The notes under the pieces: generated by a model
Seen by the model: the letters and a program-made list of their open reading frames with translations, nothing else
What the model was told of the DNA's origin: nothing
The model's database searches: none
Made by a program: the position numbers and the translations under genes
Shown here: one piece after another, positions 1-13,861 of the stretch
Layout of the letters: the number at the start of each line of letters is the position of its first letter
Position numbering within the stretch: the first letter of the stretch is position 1
DNA from: Microthyrium microscopicum
Lineage: Eukaryota
Length of the DNA: 64,000 nt
Reading direction: 5' to 3'
NCBI GenBank assembly: GCA_010405405.1
Contig: MU004230.1
Coordinates: 4,296,282-4,360,281, forward strand

Positions 1-132
1 TGCCCTCGCAGTGTGTAATCACCAGGACCGCCCCCTATTATATAAGATAGGCAGTTGCATGTTAGATGTAGAGATATAGAGATGTGGATATACTAATAGT
101 TTTATATAGAGCTCTTATCGTTTGCTTAACTA

Positions 133-567
133 TAGTATTATTAGGGTTCTGCTTATCCCCTCCCTAAAAACCTAGAGGAATAATTCATTACTTAATTAGA
201 AGGCGCCTAAAGCAAAGCATAGATAACTTTCAAAGCCTACTCTTTCTATTCTCTTTCTTCTTACTATAAAATATTCTATCTTAAGATTATTATTATATTA
301 GAAAAATCTAAGAACATAGACTTAAAAGAAACTTTATAGCAATTCTAAATTATTACTTTTTACTCTCTTATCTTATATTATAGTTACGATATTAATAAGT
401 AAAAAAAGTAATTTCTAGGAAGGATAGTTTAAAGAGGCTAATTTTTATACTTTATAGGGTGCTTTTTAAAAAGCTACTAAGCAAAAGCTTTATTTTCTAA
501 CTAATAAACATTATAGAATTCTAGTTTATAATTTTAGGGGGGGATAAGCAGAACCCCAATAATACTA
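133..567. mobile_element. RIP-mutated MITE (Tc1/mariner-type, TA target duplication)
   Basis: ~37-bp terminal inverted repeats: TAGTATTATTAGGGTTCTGCTTATCCCCTCCCTAAAA (133-169) vs the reverse complement of 532-567. TA at 131-132 and 568-569. Interior is AT/TpA-rich with no ORF. The TAGT end is the expected RIP product of CAGT. Confidence 0.85.
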
Positions 568-776
568 TATCCATAGCACATTCCTTAAGGATTATAATAT
601 GTGATCCTTATGTGATGAAATAGAAACAATACTCACGGCAATTATCGTGCAGAACACAGACAGTCAGGCAAGCCTGAATTAGATAGTATCTGAAATTGGG
701 CAAGAATCAATCAGGAACCTACTACACATACAATCATCACTCGAATGCTCCTATGCAAACCGTTCAAGTGCTGAAC

Positions 777-2412
777 CTACCTCTCCACTACCACCTGATC
801 CCTATCAGCCCTTCTCATCCTCAAACCAACCACACCAATACACGCCGCGCTAACAACAAACATAACAGCACTCACAAAAAGCGGCAGTCCAACCAGGATA
901 TCAACATGTGTATCCAGTCCCAAAGCAAGCATCTTCGGAAACAAGATACTAGCCGTCAATTTCCCAAAGATACTCGCTATGCTAAGCGTCGCCATTACTC
1001 TAGCCACCTTGGACTTGTCCACCAAACTCACGATATATGCTTGTGTAGCTGTTGGGAGTCCTTCGCCGAAAAGGTATATTACTACACCTGTGATGAAAAG
1101 CGTCGTTGTGTTGCTTAGACCAATTATCAAAGCGCCAACTGTAAGGAGTAGAGCACTACAGGCCATGATAACGAATTGACCAGCTTTAATGCCGAGCCAG
1201 GTAGCTAAGATGCGGTTGATGGCTGGTAGCATGATTGAAAAGTATATGAGCATGAGAAAACCTTGCATTGAAACGACGCTTGAGGCTTGTGGGAATGTCC
1301 AGTCAAGTTTTATGACGGGGTATTGGACGATGGCATACCAGTCGATTGCTTTGATTCCGGTGGCGGCGAAACATATTGATAGTGAGAGTAGGAGGATATT
1401 TATGACACCAACGCCGTTTACTGTGTCTTTGAAGCCTTGCATCAATCGTTCTAGGCGGGAAGACTTCTTCAAGTTTGGGATTTGGTCTGATCCGTTCTGT
1501 TCCTCGATTTGACTAGCAGTGCCGGATACAGGCCTCTTCTCACGGCTTTCATGAACAGTCTCTGGAAACAAGAATATCGATATCAGAGCGGTGAATATCG
1601 CGAGGTAGAGACTGACCATCAAGTTGACTTGTGGAGTTCCACTGTTGCCATCAAGATTCATTAGCCAAGCGCCGATTGGTGGACAAAACGTTTGAGCAAA
1701 GTACTGCATTGAAGTCGTAAGAAAGAATAACGAAGCTCGTTCCGTGGCTGAGGGCATGACATCCGTATAAGAGGCGAATAGCATTGCAAGTCCGATGTCG
1801 TAGTTCCCGCCAATTAGTCCAGGCAGTCCACTGAGATAGAGCGTCCATATCGGAACCTTTGGAAATGCCGTATCTATTCCAGTTTAGTAGATATCTCATA
1901 CCGACTTGAGAACACATACAGAGTACTACCCAGGTCGCGCAATTGATACAAACATTGACCTTGTGAAGCACAATCACAGTCTTGCGTCCATAACGATCAG
2001 CCACCCATCCCAAAGGGATCGCCCCGATCATTGCAGATAGCATGCGCACGAACATGATTAAGCCTGCAGTTTTTGCCAGATCTTTCTGTATGCTATCATC
2101 TTTGCAAAGTCGTTCGGGTATATGTTTCCCTAGATCCGCGAGTGGCGAATTGCGCTTCAGCCAGAATTCGTAGCAGTACATGGCTTCAATAGCTCGCATT
2201 GTGGCGACTTGCTTGACGAAATATTCAGCCTCATTGATAAAGATAATGGCGCAGCCTAGTAAGGGAATCCATCGATATTTTGGTGTTATTGTGGTGAAGA
2301 AAAGCCATTTTGTTCCTGCTGTAGGCTCTGCTGTGGTTGAGGAGAGATTGTCTGCGGATTTGGCTCGAGCAAGTAAAGGCTCATGTTCCATATTTTGGTT
2401 TCTGTTGGCCAT
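777..2412 (-). CDS. MFS transporter (SLC46/PCFT-like, multi-TM)
   Basis: ORFs 1651-2412 and 777-1784 join in frame through intron 1874-1919 (GTATGT..CTAAAC..TAG). MFS motif A (GWVADRYGRK) and many hydrophobic helices. Confidence 0.85.
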
Positions 2413-3222
2413 ATTTTTTGCTCAATTCATGATGCTCTTCAACTATTCTATGGTGGAGATAGTGGTACAAATGATCATTGTGATGAAAAGTCCGAACTCT
2501 GCAGTCTTGTACTAAATTTTGCTCGTGCAGTCCAGATGAACCATCTGTAACTCAAAAGGTAATGATGGAAGTTTGAACGATTCCATATTGCTGTTATCGT
2601 CCTTCTGAAGATCCACAACCTCATGCAGGTGCCCTCTGCTTCCGAGATCGGCATTACTGTAAACATCGAATAAGGGGTAGAAGAGAGGTTGTGATTTCCA
2701 GCGGGATTTCTGGAAGGATGGTACAGAAGGCAATATTATCTTGATAAGAGCTCGATTTGGTGCCATTCATATTGGCTGGTCCCTGAAAATATAAAAAGAT
2801 GGTCTTCGATGAAAACACAAAACTTCAGCCTTATACTCTATCACTGGAGTGTACAATTAGATGAGATTTCAACCATAGATTACATTTGCCATGCTGATAT
2901 CAATAGTAGTTTGTCTTTTCGATCTAGTAGACTGAACGCTTTGATCTGACTCGTCCGGGGTTTCACGAAGCAGTGTTCTCAGCTGTTGTCCGTGTTCTTT
3001 CCTCATCCCTTAAGCAAACGATTCAATTCTTTTCTAGATGAGCTCATTTCCTATCAAATTATTAGCTCCTCGCTGGCCTTTACATAAACCACCCTCCTGT
3101 ACTACTTCAATTTCTCTTAGACACCACTCTTCACCAATTCAATCTCTCACAAAAATCACCAATTGCTGAAACAACTTGACTTCTCTCAGTTCAAACATCA
3201 AGCATCTCCGAACACATTCAAG

Positions 3223-3809
3223 ATGTATCCATCCATCATCTTGGCCAGCCTTGCCGCTATCGCCGGTGTCCACGCCGCCATTGCACTTCCGCTCGAGTCT
3301 GCTTGCACTCCCATCGGCACCTCTACTACCTTGGAGCCGCATTATGTCACATCTGCTAGCCCGGAATCCACGTCGAAGAGTCATCTCATCATCAGCTATC
3401 CTACTGTGATCCCGGCCGGCTCCGTCAGCAAGCCTTCCGTTACCACTTCAAGTGCCATCCCAACTACTACCAACCCATCCAACCAGTTCACCTATGATTC
3501 AAACCCACTGTGCGACATCTGCGATAGCTATTGCCAAGTGTGCACCAACGGCCTATGTCCTTCGCACCACAAACACCCGAGTCGCGAAATAATCCGATCT
3601 CCGTGCCAGGAGTATTGCGAAATTCAGACTTGTCTTAACGGTAATGGCGGTAATCAGTGGGTAAGTTTTCAAGAGTTCTCCATGGTATTTGCAAAGTTCT
3701 TATTTGCTGATGTGACGATCAGTGCCGTGTAAACTGCGGTTATAGGGCTCTGAATGCTGTAGGAAATGATTGTGGTAACGTTAATGGTTATATCCCATTT
3801 CACGGTTGA
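3223..3809 (+). CDS. Small secreted Ser/Thr-rich and Cys-rich protein (effector-like)
   Basis: Signal peptide MYPSIILASLAAIAGVHA, S/T-rich linker and Cys-rich C-terminus. Intron 3661-3722 (GTAAGT..GCTGAT..CAG) adds exon CRVNCGY...FHG*. Confidence 0.7.
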
Positions 3810-5770
3810 AGATTCGGGATATCTTGTTGCTGGATTACTTTGTTGAGTGGCTTAAGTCTACTTTTCATGCTGGAGTTGATGGCGTGTGATGTAGTGGTCA
3901 TTAGAGACCTCTTGTGTGATGAATTGATCAATTGTTACTGAAACACAGATCTGAGATCCGTTTTGTTTTCGTGATATTTGCTGAGTTCTCCTACACAGGT
4001 ATGTAGCCTAAGGACCATCGGGCATGATCATCTCGAGTTGTGTGGTGGTTATAATAGATGGTAGTTGGCTCGCGCCCTGCTTCCCAGCACCTGCCCCAGC
4101 TACAAAGAATCTGGGGCAGCGTCAGGGGGTAGTAGGTAAAATGCTGAAGATAGATGTCGTTTGCACATAGATTGAGCCAAGAGCAGAGTCTGATCATCCG
4201 TTATGCATGGGCGAGATTCTCTTGGGAATTGACAGGTTGGTTTTGACGAAGCCTGTTCATCTTTATTTAACTTGACTCTGACAAACAACCAGTCGTCTAA
4301 ACTCTGCAAAAACTGTATCCGTATTGAAGAGACGACCGCGTTTTTCTGATGTGGAAGGTCCGGCGGTATACCTACATAATAAACGGAGATACTTCCGTCT
4401 TAGCCCACCCTCTGGCCTTACGGAGGACCGTCCTCATTAGAAGTGATGTTGTGCCTAAAGGGACCGATTTAACGCGCTCTCAGACCAGTCCCAAACCACG
4501 AACGAAATGTGAAACAGATCTCGGAGAATACAATTCTTGATCGATATCGATATTGTAGATTTACCTCTGTCCACTAAATGATTGGATATTGTAAGGACAT
4601 CAAGTTACCATGGTAATCGATTAGATATCAAGTGGATTTCCAGAATTGTTTATAGCACTGCCAATTAGGAGTGGAAGCTAAGTAATCCCTGAGGAGGCAA
4701 GAACCAGTGAAATGGGGCGAAAGTGGATATTAGCACCATTTAAGGGATTTGCAGGCAACAAGTGGGTGCGCAGGGCCAGATCGAGACCAGGATGCAACAC
4801 GGGTGTTTACCAGTCTTTTTTTCTTTGCAACACAGCAACGAAGACACTCGCATGACGGATCTGCCCGGGCTCCCATGTCCGCAGCTTTGTGCCATCAGAA
4901 CGAAACAATTGTTGACAGGTTGGTAGAGAAACAATGAGGGTTGATTTGGATGGTTTCGTATATCCACTGGTTCAGTGATAGTTTGCGTGAACTGCGTCAA
5001 GACTTTCTTCTAGAAGGAAAGTCTATTACGCAACGTCTACAGCTAAGAGGATTTATTTATACATGCGTTCTGCGCAACCCCCTCTTCTTGACGGTTCTCC
5101 CCTCTGCAGGTGCGGCAAGGCAAATTGGAGCAATACGCCTCAGCTAGTCATAAGAAGGAATTGGGCTGAGGCTTGGAAATATACGCAGCCAGTGAGAGGG
5201 AGAGTCTGGACGAGATGTAGACGCAATTGGATGGATGGTTGTGTCAGGGGGGAGGTAAATGCGGTGTTGTGGGTGCAGATTCGTGTTCCATTCAACCTGG
5301 CTAGAGGGGATTTTAAGCCGCCTGGAGAGACGAGGCTTGACTGCTTTGGGGGGAATTAGTGAGTGCATGCAGGATGCGCGCTGCCCCGGAGATGGAGATG
5401 GGGCCTGGTCCATCTTTGTGGTGCTTTTGTGGTGTAGGGAGGCAAGGAGGTCGAGAGGCTGTGGATCGTTGACTTTTTGCTGTCACTCACTCTCCGCTTT
5501 GATTATTCTTTCTCCATCAAGACTCTTGTTGATGGCTTTTGGCTGGCAAATTGTCGCTGTACTCTAGCCTGGGCCACTGTGTTTCTCTCGTTTCAAAACT
5601 TTTACACTGTCACTCGCTCTCCCATAAACCCCCTCTTCCTCAAAGACGCCAAACACCAAGTATTTTGTCTGTCGATCCATTAATTACCATTGCCAATTTT
5701 ACACTGGCAACAAGGTCCTTGCTCTTCTTCATCTCCTTCCATCCTTCGCTCCAAAACCCTAGGTTGCGCT

Positions 5771-5805
5771 CACTAGCGGATATTAGGGGCATTTTAAATC
5801 GTCCT
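5771..5805 (+). repeat. Left terminal inverted repeat of CACTA element
   Basis: CACTAGCGGATATTAGGGGCATTTTAAATCGTCCT matches the reverse complement of 17646-17680 at 33 of 35 positions. Confidence 0.95.
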
Positions 5806-6149
5806 GTGACTGTGCTGTGACGCGTTTTCTCTAGCTACTAATTCAAAATTGATAGCGTCCTATGACGCCTAGTAGTAGATACCATAGTACGTCCAAATCG
5901 TTTATAGGAATTATACGTCTCCATAATAAATAGTACGAGGCGGGGACGGCTTAACGCTAAGCCGTCTTACTAATAAATAAGATAACGCTAAGACGTCCTA
6001 AGGCCGTAGAACGACTTATAGTTAAAACGTCTTAGTGCTAGGACGTTTACTCGTCTATAGCTTCCTAAAGCGGATAGGATTTTCCCTTTACTCTAGGGTA
6101 GCCTAGGTTCTTAATTAGGGAAAGCGCGGTATAGAGTAAGCATAATTCA

Positions 6150-6680
6150 TTACAGGCTAGCTACTTACAAGCCCCTTAATATAGCACGATCTAATCTTAT
6201 CTAGATCTTATCCTACTACCTATCTAATCGCCCTAGATTAAGATCCTAGATCTAGTCCTCTACTCTACTACTCTACTATTACTAACCTCTCTACTAACCT
6301 CTACCTAAAATAAGATCTCTAACTTTCTAAGTCCTTTCGTGCCTTAGGAATCTAGGAATGTGGATAGATATTAGCTTGGCCGTCCTTTAAATCGACGATT
6401 GGTAAGTTATTAATTATATAAATCCCTTAAGGGAGGATATAGTAGGCAAGAAGGCATTAGATAGTATAGTAGTAGATATAGCCTTATATAGGTTGCTGTA
6501 GGATGGAAGATAGCGTATTCTATAAGCCTTAGCGGATTGTTTTTAATCTATAGTATAATCTAGCGTAGTTGAGGAGCCCTTAGCGGGTCGTTGTTTTAAC
6601 TAGGTATTAAGGTTCTAGGGTAAAAGGGGCTTTAGAAGTCGTAAATCGTCGTGAATTCCTTAAAGTTTGTAAGCATAAAG
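6150..6680 (-). pseudogene. RIPed ORF relic inside CACTA element (unknown product)
   Basis: Minus-strand stretches read as protein-like (e.g. PIVDLKDGQANIYPHS*IPKARKDLES*RSYF), with stops consistent with Trp/Gln codons hit by RIP. Boundaries approximate. Confidence 0.35.
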
Positions 6681-7219
6681 CATTTAGAAACTTTAGGGGC
6701 TTAGTAGTAAGTTTTCGAATAAATAATTCGGTACTACTTAGTTAGCCCTAATATAAGCAATAGTATATTGAGAAGGATACGAACTTATATTAATCTACGT
6801 GTAAGTATTAAATATATACCGCCTATATAGTAGATAGCTCGCATCGTAAGATATTAGTTTAATATATTAGTATTTACTATTAAAGATTATAGTATTAAGT
6901 TCTTACTAGTTAATTATATGTCCGTTCCGTCTAGTTATTGGAATCTGCCGATAGTTAGCTATAATCCTAAGAACCCTTAGTTTTATAGTTAGCTTTTATA
7001 TTCACCTTCCTCTCGTCCCCCTTTTATACTACCTCTCTTATTAAACGTTTTTAACAACATATTCGCCTACTGTCTTTATACTAATATGTAATAGTTTAGT
7101 ATTAGCATATATACCTTAAAGTTATCTACTATTATATTTTATACTTACGAAGCTAGTCCCTCCTCTCCTTCTGTATAGGCTTTACCTTCCTTTATATTAT
7201 TAGTTAATCTGTTGTACTA

Positions 7220-8620
7220 GTTATGCTAAATATAAATAGTATCTAAAGATATACGTATACTATAACGTAATAACGTTACGTTCTAGTTCGTAAGATATAT
7301 ACTAGTATATAGGATTACCTTCGTGTTATATAAGACGTTAGTAATATTAATAATAGAGATTAAAAAGTAGCACGCTCTTATTTAATTACTATAGGCTCAT
7401 TTAGTCCCTTAATATAAAGAGACTAAGAGGGCATATAATAGGGTAGATAGGGTAGACGGGGAGGCTAGATGTCTTATGGTATATAATAGTCTTCTACTTG
7501 AGCTAATAAATTTAATACTACTAGTAGGTTAGCACTAATACTAGCATATATTCTATATAAAATAGGATATAGAGAAAGACATATAACGCGACTATGCATA
7601 TATAGTTATAGGGAAGAATGGACGTAAATACTTAACTTTAACGCAGCGAGGCACTATCGATATAAGTAAGCTAATTTAAGGGTTGTGTCGTTAATTATAT
7701 TTAAGTTAGTATATCGCTTTATAATACTAATAAATATTAAATAAAAGTATATACTGAACGTAGCAGGATAGCCTTAGCATAATAGGTATTTAGAACTACA
7801 TACTCCGTACTTAAATATTGCTAACGTACAAAAATAGATAAATAAATAAGCCTACTGACCTTTGACACTATAAGCACTATATTAGAATTTAAAGACGAAG
7901 CGAGGCGTGATTACTATTAGTATATTTGAGGCGTAGATTATATTAAGGTTAGTTCTTTTATGACACGAAATAGGTATAAATTAATAGTAAACATTAAAAC
8001 GTATACTAGCTAGTATAGTATAATATTTATAGTATAGTAAAGATTGCAAGCTTATACTCTGTATCTAGATATTACTAAACTTTAAGCAAAATAAACAATA
8101 GACGCTACTAACCTTTAAATTCTTTTCTCTAAATATTGTATAAGATTAAAAGAAAGTAGTTGTACTACTACTTATTAGTTATTAGAATATAGAATATTGA
8201 ATATTTAAGCATCGCATCGTATTAATTAGCTTGTTAACTACTATGAAGGGTGTTAATAATAGTCCGCTAGGTTATAGAGAGGTTCTATAAATTATATACG
8301 GACAATAGCATAAAGTTTAAGAGCGTGTTAAACAACGGGTTAGTAATAAATATTTCATTACAAGGCATAGAGGTTAATTATAGATAGGTCGCGAATCTAT
8401 ATAGGGCTGTGGATATCTAAAGATACACTAAATATCTTTTATTCTAGAACCTAACTACTTATTCTAGGGTCGTCTAGTAATAACGAGTTGAGAATCCTTT
8501 GGGTATAATTAGATTCTAAGGTATCTAGTCCAAAGTCTAGTCTATGGTATAAATCTAGAAGCCTAACCTTTCATAGTCCTATATAGTCTTAATAATAATA
8601 GAGAAATAGAGCAAAGCTAA
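7220..8620 (+). pseudogene. RIPed intron-containing ORF relic inside CACTA element (unknown product)
   Basis: Plus-frame stretches such as FDTISTILEFKDEARRDYY*YI*GVDYIK followed by GTTAGT, and KYFITRHRG*L*IGRESI*GCGYLKIH. Boundaries approximate. Confidence 0.4.
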
Positions 8621-8956
8621 CTAGAAACTAGATTTCGGATAATAACTTTATTTACAAGGAGTTAGTATATACTAGTAAATATGTAGCTAGGATGACCTAC
8701 CTTTCGTTTCTATTCTGTATACTAAAATATTAGACAGATATATTTAATAAGCTTTTTAATGTAATAAAACAGAAAAAATAAAAGATAACACAATATAATG
8801 CTTAGCTAGTCTGTTAGGCAGTTAATTAGATTAAGTTGGACTTATATAAAACTAGATAGGTAGGCATAAGATAAGTAGAGAAATAGGTCAACAAATAGTA
8901 CTAATCGACAAAGTAGAACAAAATAGCTAAGTAGTAACTTGACGCTAGAGCTTAGC

Positions 8957-11900
8957 CTATATAAAGGTAATATTCTAATTAACGTAAATAAAGCTATTAG
9001 CCTTATCTGTAGCTGAAAGAGCCTACTAGCGACCGCTATGCTTAAATAGTACGGCGTAGATATACTTTAGCTAAAGTATTCGGAGTCCTACTAGATCGAC
9101 CTAGTTAGTAATCTAAAGAATGTTGTAATCTATAATACGATCCTTAATCGAGTTATAGATAATAACCTTATCGATATATAGGAACATACGTCGAGTTTTG
9201 ACGGTAGGTAGCTTAGTAAATTAATACATAGCTATAGCTTTAATATATCTAATACGCCCTTAGCCATAGTAAACAAACTAGCCTATCTTTATTATTAAGT
9301 GATGTTAAGTATTATTAATTATATTAGTGATTATAATAGGTATTTAGGACTAAAACTTACGGGTTATTAAACAAGATGCTTTTAAACTAGGTAATAGCCA
9401 ATCGCTTAAGAAATATAGCTGACTCTTTATAATCTCTATCGTAGGCGTTGAGTAATATACTGCGAAACTTATCTTTAAAATAGGGATTACTATCCACGGA
9501 CTTAATAAAAAAATGTAGTATTTTAGCATAGAACTTTCGTAAGATTTTAAAGCGAGCCTTTAGTGCGAGGTATATAAGATTATCCGTAACCTTTATAGTG
9601 TTTACTAGGGTATCCTCATTATTATCATTTTCTACTTTTTAGTTGGACTTTAGAAGTAACTGAGTAAATAAGTTAGGAAGACGTATTTATAGGTGCTTAA
9701 GAGTAAGAGAGATCTCCTTCTTACGAGTTATGTTTATATAAGCCCTAAGGAGTGCGAACTAGATTCCTTAGCTTTTAGCCTTGCGAACTATAAAATTGTA
9801 ATAAGATAGCTAATAGTTTATATTCTTAACGTCGTTCTTTGAGTCGTAATGCTCTCCCTCTCTACTAAAAGTGGTATAGTTGCTATTACCTAAGTATTTA
9901 TTAACAAGAATAGGATAGTGTAGACCAATATAGATATTTAGACGAGCTTAGACGTTTTGATAGAGTACTGCCTTTAAAGTATTCTTTTAGCTTGCTAGAA
10001 TGTTAACGATGCTTAGGTTAGTATAATACTGCTTAATTATATAAGCTAGGGTAGTAATAGCAGTATTCGCACCGAACGGGGCTATATCTAGCGATAGTAT
10101 AGATATTAGCGACGGTATAGATATTAGCGACGGTATAGATATTAGCGATGGTGTAGAAGACGAAGTAACTAAAGGTAATGGTGTGCTCACTATAGCGACC
10201 GTACTTAGAGTAGCATGGCAGCTTCGCGCTTACGATATTTATTATGTACGAGGATTAATTATAGCTACCTATAAATCGTACTCGAAAAGTTTCTAAAATA
10301 TAAATCGTGCGCGTAGTGCTTACTATACGTAGGTAGCTTAATCTTTAAGCTGAATATTAGTACTTAGGTATAAGCGGTTAGATTGGGCAATAGATTTAAA
10401 GGCTAGAACTAATATATCGTATAAAATATCCGTATCTTAATCTGTCTGAGTAAAGAGCTTAGCTCGTTTGCTATTAAGCTCCTAAATCTCGTTAGTAAAT
10501 ACTATCCGCATAGCTTTAGCGTAAAGTAGCTTAATAAATTTAGGTTAAAGCTAAAGTAGAAGCAATATATTAATGATAATTAACTAACGACTATGTTCCT
10601 AAAGCGTAAAGCTTTTAATATGTGTAGTTGGATTCTAAATATAACCCTAGCCGTGTGGTAAAGGAAAGCTTTAAAGAATCCTACTATAAGTATTAATCTA
10701 ATTAAGCTTAATAATAGCTTTAATGAACAGAATATAAAGTTGCTTAGTTAGTCCTTTTAACTCGGAATAAGCTAGATCTGAAGGACGACCTAAGATAAAA
10801 TCTAATCCTAGAGCGAGCTGTGGGAGGCACGGCTTCACTTTATATCTAGTAGTAGAGCTAAACGCCTACTTCTTCCTAATACCGTTGATTTTAGTTATAG
10901 CTTCGTAAACTTACTTAATACTAAAATAAAAGCGACTATGAGTTGTAGTATTAAACCCTAAGAAAGAGCGCTTACTCTCATTAATCTAATAGGATTGATA
11001 ACCTAGTTTCGCATTTTATAATAGCATCCCTAAGTTTGCTTACTATTAGGATATATCTCTAACAAACGCGTAGATATAGGCACATAAGCGGACCTTACGC
11101 CCGTTGATAGTAACCTTAACCTTACTAGTAGACAAGAATCAAAGGTATCCCTTAATAACATTAACAAGAGAATCTTCTAAACAACTATATGGATTAAGAG
11201 TGTAGGGAATAATATTTGAGCTATAATTACGCTCGCGATGTAGTAAACTAGTAAGAAATATATAGATACCTATAAGAGAACGATGTATAGTACTATACAA
11301 TCTAAATCTATTAATGAAATATATTAGAGGGATAGATATAACGTCTACGTCTTTATTACTAGCTAGAATGAACGTAGTCTTAAGTACTTATTAACTATAC
11401 TTCTTAATCTTGATTTCCCCTTATAGTAAATGGCTCTAACACAGTAGACGAAGGCCTAAGGTAGAGTTAAATATTTAACGAATAAACGGAGTAGTAGGAG
11501 TTGGCTTGTTAAGCAGCAAATCTAGTATAATCTAAGGAGCACCGTACTCTTAATCTATAACAAAGGTGCAGGTTGGAGCTATTATAAGGTATATATATAA
11601 AGCGTTAGTCTTAAGAATAATCGACATACGGTCCTTAATAAGAATGTACTCGTTACTTGCTATAGGCGCTAGTAGTCTACAAGCTAGTTAGATAGGGAGA
11701 TTGTTCTTATGTCGAGGTACTAGTATCTAACTTAAGTCTAGCGTAGGCTACTTTGTTGAAGTATCTTGTGCTAATTTCTTAAAGGCGCTTATAAAATTAG
11801 TATTTATTGCTACCTCTTCGCGAGATAAAGACTATATGCCTAAACCCTAGCGTTTTTTAAGCGTGCTAGTAAGCCAAACTTTTTATACCTTAATAACGGG

Positions 11901-13280
11901 TTTTCCTAGTAGTCCTTTATAGTCGCAATATAATTAAAAGTCCTTACTAAAGGCAATAATATAACTAATATATAAATGCTAATCTAGGCTTACAAGACAT
12001 TGTGCGTAGCTATTATTATTACATTAGAACTATACAAAGTTAGATAGAAAGACGGATCGTAAGTAGTTAAGCTATAAATCCTAGATGAGAGTAAATTTGC
12101 TAGACGAGGCGCGAATTGATGATGCCTAGGCGTTGCCCTCCTAGAGTTCCTTTAGATTGTTAATAAAGTAGGCTATATTAGTGTAAAGTTTATCTTTAAT
12201 TGCCTAAGAAGTAACAACGTTACGAATTAGCTTAAGGATATTTAGGAAGAATACGTCACCCTTAGATATGTTTATACCTTAGGTTAGATCTGTAGCTAAG
12301 ATTATTAGAAGCTATTTAATCTTAAGGTTAACCTCCTATTAGTGAATCTAAATACGTAGAAGGTAGTTTTTAAAGTAGTCCTTAATTATGTCTAACGAGC
12401 TAGGAAGCTTCGCTACAAGAAGGAGGGTTTAGATATTAATTATCTTGAAGATGCCTCGCAAACTTTAATACTGCGTCCGTGAGATACTATAGCCTTTATA
12501 CTATAATCCTAATACTAACTCTAATTTAGACGGAAGCTTGCGATTAGAAGGTTTAGAGGTAGTATTAGAGGTTAGTAATAGACGTTTCTTTTTCTTATAG
12601 TTAGCTAAAGGGTTATAGACTCGCGATGCTTCGCTAAGAGGAACTAGTAGACTATTAGACTTAGTAGTATCTATTGAAACTTAGATAGTTATAGAAGTCG
12701 AAATGTCTAGCTATAGGAGGTTAAGATCAACGGTAAGATCATAATTTGGATTAATGTCTTCGTTAGGGATATTTTCTATGAGATTAATAGCTTATAAAGC
12801 TATGTCTATAAGGTGTGCTTGAAGGTCTATATCCTGAACGACTTAATCGACATTCTCGTCTATATATCTAGTAATAGCGGTAGCAAGATTATCTTAAGTA
12901 TCTTCCTCTATAATAGAAATGTTCTATTTCTAAAGCAATATAGTTGTAACCTGAAGATTATTAGTAACCTATAAGAATGTAAGTAAGAAATATATAACTA
13001 TAGTGATAGACAAAAGACAAACCTTATCTTAAAGCTCTAAATTTACTTATTAGTTAAGGTTAGCAAGTGTAGTGGTAGGTATATTATGCTTAGCTTTAGC
13101 GTATTCAATAGAACTAAAGGGCTTATTATATCCGCCTATTAGCTAGTCGTCTTATGCTTTATCTTGTTCGTCGTCGTCTAAATCTATAGCGACTAGAGCG
13201 AACTTAGAATAACGACGAAGTTAATACTTATCGTCGTCGTGCTCTAACTTATAGTGACTATAACCTACTATAATAATGGC
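8957..13280 (-). pseudogene. CACTA/CMC-family DDE transposase, RIP-inactivated
   Basis: Reverting only TpA to TpG/CpA restores motifs in the expected order: FINRFRLY->FIDGFGLY (~11295-11318), RDIS***ANLG->GDMSQQQANSG (~11028-11060), GYQSY->GCQSC (~10990-11003), SDLAYSE->SDPAHSE (~10771-10791), RLNIYIGLHY->RPNIHIGLHY (~9915-9945), REGEH->GEGEH (~9849-9863). Stop at 8957; start approximate. Confidence 0.8.
10089..10157. repeat. 18-bp tandem repeat (~4 copies) within the transposase relic
   Basis: TAGCGACGGTATAGATAT units, giving in-frame 6-aa repeats on the minus strand. Confidence 0.85.
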
Positions 13281-13346
13281 ACTGCTCTAATAATAGTAGA
13301 AGCGCAATATTATAGAATTAGTTCTTAGTAGTTATAGTAAGGATGC

Positions 13347-13424
13347 GGATAATAAAAGTGGATAATAAAAGTAGATAATAAAAGTAGATAAAGGAAGTAG
13401 AGGATAAAAGTAGATAATAGTAAA
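13347..13424. repeat. 13-bp tandem repeat (~6 copies) between divergent transposon ORFs
   Basis: RGATAATAAAAGT units, degenerating towards the right. Confidence 0.8.
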
Positions 13425-13861
13425 GAGAAATGCGGAGGGGTTTTAAGGCAAAGTATGAGATAAAGTTAGAGAAAAAATTTAAGTTTAGGTAGTAAATAAT
13501 TATTTAGAAGGAGCAATTACTATTAAAGTAGTACTAAAGCGCCCCTCTTGCTATTTGACAAATTTAAGGTAGTGTTTTTAGCCTTTTATAGCCTTATTAT
13601 AGTCTAAGCGCAGCCTCGCGATACCCTAAATGGTAGTAGGGAGTTAGAAAAAGAGAAGGCACGACAAAGACATTAGCAGGCGCGGCTAGAAGGCCAGAGT
13701 TACGCGACGCGACCTCAAAAAGCTATTATTAAATTATATATATATATACTCTAGTTCAATTGTTTCCTTCAAGCTGATCTATAACTAGACTCTTATATCG
13801 ATTAATTGCCTCTAAGCAAGTAAATATACAGTCAAGCTGTTGTTCTTGCAAACATTAAATA

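Noticed and set aside
10089..10157. CRISPR-like array
   Set aside because: Head-to-tail 18-bp repeats without spacers, inside a eukaryotic transposase.
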